Shown here piece by piece: positions 58,012-64,000 of a stretch of 64,000 nt of DNA (position 1 is its first letter; each line of letters opens with the position of its first letter). This DNA comes from the human T2T-CHM13v2.0 reference genome, Homo sapiens. The DNA lies in the NCBI RefSeq assembly GCF_009914755.1, contig NC_060929.1; one strand, 5' to 3'. The notes below the pieces were generated by a model, which searched no databases, was not told where the DNA came from, and saw only the letters and a list, made by a program, of their open reading frames with translations. Position numbers and translations under genes: made by a program.

Positions 58012-59497
58012 GTGCATATAAACAAACATACTGATTAGTGGAACAGAATAGAAAGCCTAGAAATAGATTCAAACACATATGGGCAATTAATTTTTCACAA
58101 GGACACCAAGAAGACACAATGGGCAAAGAATAGTCTTATAAATGGTGCTGGTAAAACTGGATTTTTGAATGAAAGAGACTAAAAATAGACTCATATCTTA
58201 CACTTTATACAAAATCAACTCCTAATAGATAAAAATACCTAAACATAAGAACTGGAACCATAAAACTACTAGAAAAATACATTGGGCAAAAGCTTCTTGA
58301 CATAGACCTTAGCAACGATATCCTGGATGTCACAGCAAAAGCTCAAGCTACAAAAGTGGAGATACTGACATGGGACTACATCATACTAAAAAGCTTCTGC
58401 ATAGTCACAAAACAATCAACAAAATAAAAAGTAACCTTGGGACTGAGAAAAAAATTGCAAACTGTATATCTGATAAGGGGTTAATATCCAAAATTTATAA
58501 GGAAATAGTACAACTCAATAGCAAGAAAAATATAACCCAATTAAAAGATGGACAAAGGAGCTAAATAGACATTTCTCCAAAGATGACATAAAAATTTTCA
58601 AGTATATGAAAAAGTGTTCAACATTATTAATCATCAGGGAAATTATGAGATATAACTTCACACCCGTTAGGATATATATTATCAAAAAGAAAAGAGATAG
58701 TAAGTGTTGGCAAGGGTGTGGAGAAAAGGGAATCTTTTACAGTGTTTGTGGGCATGTGGAATGGTATAGCCATTATGCAAATTGTGTGGATTTTTCTAAA
58801 CAAATTAAAAATAGAATTACTGCATGACACAGCAATCTCTCTTCTGGGCATATACCCAAAGGAAATAAAATCATCACCTTGTAAGTCGATTTGCACTCTC
58901 ATGTTAATTGCAGCATAATTCACAATAGCCAAGATATTGAAACAACGTAAGTGTCCATCAACAGACAAATGGATAAAGAAACTGTCATACATATATACAG
59001 TGGAATATTATTCAGCCTTAAAATGGAAGAAGATCCTGCCGTTTATCACAACATGGATGGAGCTGGAGGACATTATGCTAAGTGAAATAAGCAAGATGCA
59101 AAAAGAAAAATATTGCATAAACTCATTTATATGTGGAATTAAAAAAAAAGAAGGTCTCATATACAGAAATACAGAGTAAAACAGTGGTTACCACGGTCAA
59201 GGGAGAGGAAGGTAGGCATAGAGAAATATAGGTCAAAGGATACAAAGTAGCAGATATGTACAAGTCTAAAAGTCGAATGTATAACATTAGAACTGTAGTT
59301 AATACTGCATTGTATTTAGAATTTTTGCTGAATTAGTACATTGTAACTACACTTCTCCCTAGGATATAAATGGGTAACTATGTAAGATGATGGTTATTTT
59401 CATTTGTTTCACAATAATAACAAATTTACTAAATATATTTATCTCATAACTCATGTTTTATGCCTTAGCTATACAGAATAAAATTGATTTTTAAAAT
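58012..59497 (+). mobile_element. L1MA (MA7-like) 3' portion: ORF2 C-terminus plus 3'UTR
   Basis: Remnant frames [18 protein letters not shown] and [25 protein letters not shown]; 3'UTR GGTCAAAGGATACAAAGTAGCAGATATG. Confidence 0.9.
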
Positions 59498-60084
59498 TTA
59501 CCACCTGTTTTAAGAGATAAAGAAAATTCAACCTATCTCTTTGATGATTTCATTTAGCATTAATATATAAAAATTAAACATGTAAAACAGGAAAAATATA
59601 ATTTTTAATGCAAAAATGCAGAAGTCTTAAATCAGAAAAATTTGATTTATAAGCTGTATTATTAATTAGTGTCATTTAAAATTATATTTAGGAGCTTGGG
59701 GGCATAAGGTCATCAAGCAGTCAAACCATTGTATCTTATCTTATTCCTACATCCCCTTCTATTTCCAATGATTCAAAAATCTGTCTTCTAATAAATTCGC
59801 TGTATCTAATTGCAGGCCTGCTGGGTACTTCCCTGTAAACTTCTTCCATAACTCTATACTGAAGATTAACCTCTTAAATATGGCAAAGAAAGTCCTCATG
59901 ATGACCCCACTCTGTGCCTTGCTATTTCACTTGCCAAAATCCTGAGCCACACATGCTTCTCCACATACATAGTATGGTCACACACCTCTTCCTTGTCTAT
60001 GCTCAGAATTCATGGAAGCCACTATCCAGGATGGGTTATTAATGTTCTTCCTACAAACTCCTATAAATGTCTCCAACTTATAAA

Positions 60085-60300
60085 AGCATTACTTTATAAG
60101 AGACATTCTCTAAGGGCTTTATGTACATAAAGTCATTTAATTCTCACAATATCTGTGCATGGTAGGAAATATTATTTCATTTATATATGAACTCTGAGGC
60201 AGATAAGTTTGGCAAAAGCCATTAGTCTTCTAAGTGGTAACACTGGATTAAATTTTCAGAAAGCTTGGAGTCAGGATCTGTGCACCTAAACACTGCACTG
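60085..60300 (-). mobile_element. MIR within L2 relics (~59700-60560)
   Basis: TCATTTAATTCTCACAAT..GGTAGG..GAACTCTGAGGCAGA; flanking L2 3' end CAGTGCCTGGCACATACAGATGCTCAAT. Confidence 0.6.
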
Positions 60301-60630
60301 CAGAGGACCTGTGTATACTGCTGTCGTGCCATGAACCCTATTACATTATAATTATTTATTCATTGTTTTTTGCCTCTGTCAGTGTCTTGAGGGCAATGGC
60401 TGATCTTAGTTTTGTGCCAGTAAGTCCCTATAATAGTAGTTACTTCACAATCAGTGCAATATAAATGTTTGTTAAGCTAAATTTCAAACAAATGTTAATT
60501 ATCTCTTGTCTTTTGTGCAGTGCCTGGCACATACAGATGCTCAATTTTTGAAGGTATGAAGGAAGAGATAAAATATAAAAATAAGGAAGAGGAAAAAATA
60601 AAAGAAAAAAAGGGACTTATTCTTAGTGGG

Positions 60631-61319
60631 TGGAGGAAATATAATTAAAAGCAAAATCTTCTCCCAACCCAGAAATTCTCTCCCTTAAGGTGGCAGAGAA
60701 AGAAAACATCTTTTATTATTGAATACGCATAAAACCAGATGTAACATGCATTACAGGCAATCCATTAAGAGACAATAAAGACAGAAAGAATTCTCACCCT
60801 TTTAAACAGCAAAGCAGTTACAATCCATTACATACACATTTTCAAAATAAACAATAACTAGTCATCAAGAGGACTTGACAGCACCATTTGTCACACAAGG
60901 TATATTCTAACTTCACCTGTTAATAGGCATCACTGCCTATGATAACTCATTGGCTTTATCCAGAGTAAAAGCAAACTTCCCATATCTTTATGATAGGAGG
61001 TAGTTTTGCAGCTTGGAGCAAAAGATCCAAGGATGTTAGGCTTCTACCATCCCAGAGAAATTGACAGATAGAGGTGCTATCTTCTTTGATGTTTACATTT
61101 CACAAACATGGTACCCAGGTTCTAAAGAAAGATATTCTTAGGTCATAGAGCTGGCAAAATGCCAGTCTGGTCTTCACAAGGATTTACATACATTTCAAAG
61201 ACAGGAGAATGTACTCACAGTTATTCTAGAGTAAATGCTCAGAGACAAAGGAGGGAAGGGAAATCTCTCTTCAAAAGGTAGAATTAAGCCTCTAGTTTTA
61301 ATTTGTATTTGTCCTTATA
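60631..61319 (-). mobile_element. ERV1 solo LTR (MER72/MER90-like)
   Basis: GGAAATATAATTAAAAGCAAAATCTTCTCCCAACCCAGAA..TTTTATTATTGAAT (reverse polyA signal); ends AATTAAGCCTCT..TTTGTCCTTATA. Confidence 0.65.
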
Positions 61320-61384
61320 AGTAGAGTGAACAGATAACATGTCAAAGGGAGCGTGTTATATCCAGAACATCAAAATGCGCCAGG

Positions 61385-61500
61385 ACTTGCTTACAAGAGT
61401 TTTCCTTGGAAGAAACATTCAGCCTCTGTGGGGCTTCATTTTCATCTGTAAAATAGTGAGTTGCACTGGATATTTTGTAAGGTCACTTTGGGACTTATTG
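61385..61500 (+). mobile_element. MIR remnant
   Basis: CCTTGGAAG..CAGCCTCTGTGGGGCTTCATTTTCATCTGTAAAAT. Confidence 0.6.
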
Positions 61501-61805
61501 CTCTATTTCAAAACAATGAAAAAACTGAGTGTCCAGTGAGGATGACAGTGTTGTTAATTTCCATGTCCATACTTGTTTGAACTTTAATTACTCTGATCTC
61601 TCTAACATGCAATCATGACATTTGTTGAACAGCCGTAGACCTCTAAACCATAAGAAAATGAGAATCACAGGGTTTCTAGTATGCACTTAACACATATCTT
61701 TAAAAAGCTTGCCAACCTGAGTGACTGTGTATTTAAAAGAAGGATCTCACTTTTATAATACAGAATATTGTAACAACAGATAATGGACAATGAAAGAAGA
61801 TTTAT

Positions 61806-61808
<3 letters not shown>

Positions 61809-61836
<28 letters not shown>
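61809..61836. repeat. (CA)n microsatellite
   Basis: Direct reading. Confidence 0.92.
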
Positions 61837-61843
<7 letters not shown>

Positions 61844-62361
61844 CTTTAAGGTGTAAGGCTAGAACAGTGGCCTTGCATTTACTGCCACTATCAGAATTAT
61901 ACAGATTTACAAATATTATTTTCTTGGTCTACAGGCATGCAGCAAGTGCCATGGTAATATTTCTTCTATTTTTTTTTTTCCTATAGGAAAAGGTGGGCGC
62001 CAAAAATAAAAAATAAGTTTGTTTCTTTCCTCTTTATCTGAGAAAAGTTTTCTTATACATTTTACTTCATAAATCCTGGTAGCAAATGTAAGTGAAAACA
62101 TTTAACATTTCTGCTAAATACATGTTTACAGAAAAATTAAAAAGAACACTATCGTTTACAAAATAAATATCCCTGAGGGGGGAAAAATGTTTTGATCGCC
62201 TGGGCCCCTAGGTGCTTGGAAGTCTTTTCTTCTAAACCTAATTCCCAAATGTGTAAAGAGTATTCTAAAGAACTAACAGATATGAAACTCTGTGCATAGT
62301 TAATCTATACACTGCAAAGAGCATCCTACAAGCAATACATTATTTGTGCATTGTATTTATA

Positions 62362-62386
62362 TGTGTGTGTGTGTGTGTGTGTGTGT
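62362..62386. repeat. (TG)n microsatellite
   Basis: Direct reading. Confidence 0.92.
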
Positions 62387-63001
62387 TTCCATGCTATAAA
62401 CACCCATAAGTTAACCTTAGGGCAGAAGAGGCTACTCCATCCATTTAGAAGTGCTTTAAAAACTCAAAAAAATTTAAATATATGATCCTACTCATTTCTT
62501 TATGTGAGTAAATGAGAAATGATGGTAATGATTGAAATATAGAATCTTTCTTTGAAAAATTGTTTTGAACCATTTCCCAAAAAAATGGCCACAATGTTTT
62601 TATTGCACCTTTAATATATGATGATTAAAAAAACAAAAAAGCTTTGTTTCTCATTTAGCACACCCAAGCTCTTCTGCTTCTGTATGAACTATGCTGAATA
62701 ATCTTGCATTATGTCATATTTTTCTATATGGTTTTCTCTTTATCGGTTGCTATTTTTATCTACCTCGCTTAACTCTCTGACCTCAATTTTTGTCTTTCCT
62801 CATTTCACTTCAAACACATATGCTTCCAGGATCCTACTTCATATGCTCCCATTATAAGAACAGGATTCTACCAAATTACTATCTGCAAGCATAACACCTC
62901 CAACTATTTTACGTCTTTGTCAATTATCATGTTCTTAATGAGGTGCGGTGAAAAATGTATTCAAACCCCTCCTCTACCACCAGAGTAATTATTTGTAATT
63001 C

Positions 63002-64000
63002 TTTTTATTGTGGTAAAAATATATATAAAGGATAAATTTTCTCATTTTAGACATTTTAAGGTGTATAATTCAAGCACATTAATTACTTTCGCAATATTTT
63101 GCAACCATTACCACTCTTTCCAAAACTTTTTCATCAGTGCAAACAGAAATTCTATAACCACAAAGCAATAAATCTGCATTCCCTTCTTTTTTTAACCCCC
63201 CTAATCTCTAATATACTTCCTAGGTTAGATTAGTTTGGATTAGATCGACATCTAAACGAATCTATGAATTTGCCTATTTTACACATTTCATATAAATGGA
63301 ATCATAGAATATTTGTCCTTTATGTCAAATGGATATGAGATATGCATTTCCCTAATAGTTAATGAAACAGATCTTTACAATTTCTTGTTGGCTGTTTGTA
63401 TACCTTCTTTAGAGAAACACTTATTCAAGTACTTGGACCATTTTTAAAATTAGGGTTTTTATTTTTGTTGTTGATGTTTGTTAAGTTGTAGGAGTACTTT
63501 TATGATCTGGATATCAAACTCTTATCAGATATATAATTTGCAAATATTTTCCCATTCTATGGGTTATCTCTCACTTTCTTAATAATGTCCTTTTATGGTG
63601 TATTAGTCACAATTCTCAAGAGAAACAGGGAGATTTACTTTAAAGAATTGACTCATGCAATTATGGCTACTGGCAGGTCCAAATTACGCCTGGGAGGCCA
63701 GCAGGCTGGAAACGCAGAAAAGAGATGCAGTTTTGGTCCAGGTGTAATCTGCTGGTAAAATTCTCTTTTTCTCTGGAGAGGTAGGCCCTTTTTTCTATTA
63801 AGACTTTTAACTGATTACATTAGGCCCACCCAAATTATGGAGAGTAATCTGCTTTACTCAAAGTCTACTGATTTAAATGTTATTGTAATCTAAACAATTT
63901 TCACAAAAACATCTAGAAAAATGTTTGTCCAAATATCTTGGTACTGTGGCCTAGTCAAGTTGACACACAAAGTTAATTTATCAGAGATGCACAAATTTTT
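63002..64000 (-). mobile_element. L1MB 3' end, interrupted by an MLT2 LTR
   Basis: TTTTATTGTGGTAAAA..GCAACCATTACCACT..TTCCAAAACTTTTTCATCA..CATTTCATATAAATGGAATCAT; resumes GATGCACAAA after 63985. Confidence 0.85.
63599..63985 (-). mobile_element. ERVL solo LTR (MLT2C/D-like)
   Basis: TGTATTAGTC..TCTCAAGAGAAACAG..TAATCTGCTTTACTCAAAGTCTACTGATTTAAATGTTA..GGCCTAGTCAAGTTGACACA. Confidence 0.88.

Noticed and set aside
57600-58034. ORF cluster in a GC-rich block
   Set aside because: Lies in an ERV1 solo LTR with a clear 4-bp TSD.

Overview
AT-rich primate genomic DNA, almost certainly human, because it carries an AluYa5 with all five diagnostic bases. It is intergenic or deep intronic and dominated by transposable elements: 19 Alu copies or fragments (J, S, Y, Ya5, one free monomer), several L1s (a ~3.9 kb L1PA13-16-type copy, a ~6 kb decayed near-full-length L1ME-type copy, L1MA/MB/MC pieces), MaLR/ERVL/ERV1 LTRs, an ERVL gag remnant, DNA transposons (Charlie1b-, Tigger3-, MER94-like), and MIR/L2 relics. 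I recognise no protein-coding gene, RNA gene or CRISPR array. The supplied ORFs are Alu/L1/LTR read-throughs or chance ORFs. TE family names come from my recall of consensus sequences, not from a database search. I found no convincing novel biological system. The best leads are an unexplained 72-nt near-perfect hairpin at 12713-12784, a TE-free motif-rich segment at ~30.3-30.9 kb with splice donors, two isolated exon-like segments (2262-2310 minus, 57324-57374 plus), a young possibly polymorphic AluYa5, and several template-switch or rearrangement scars.
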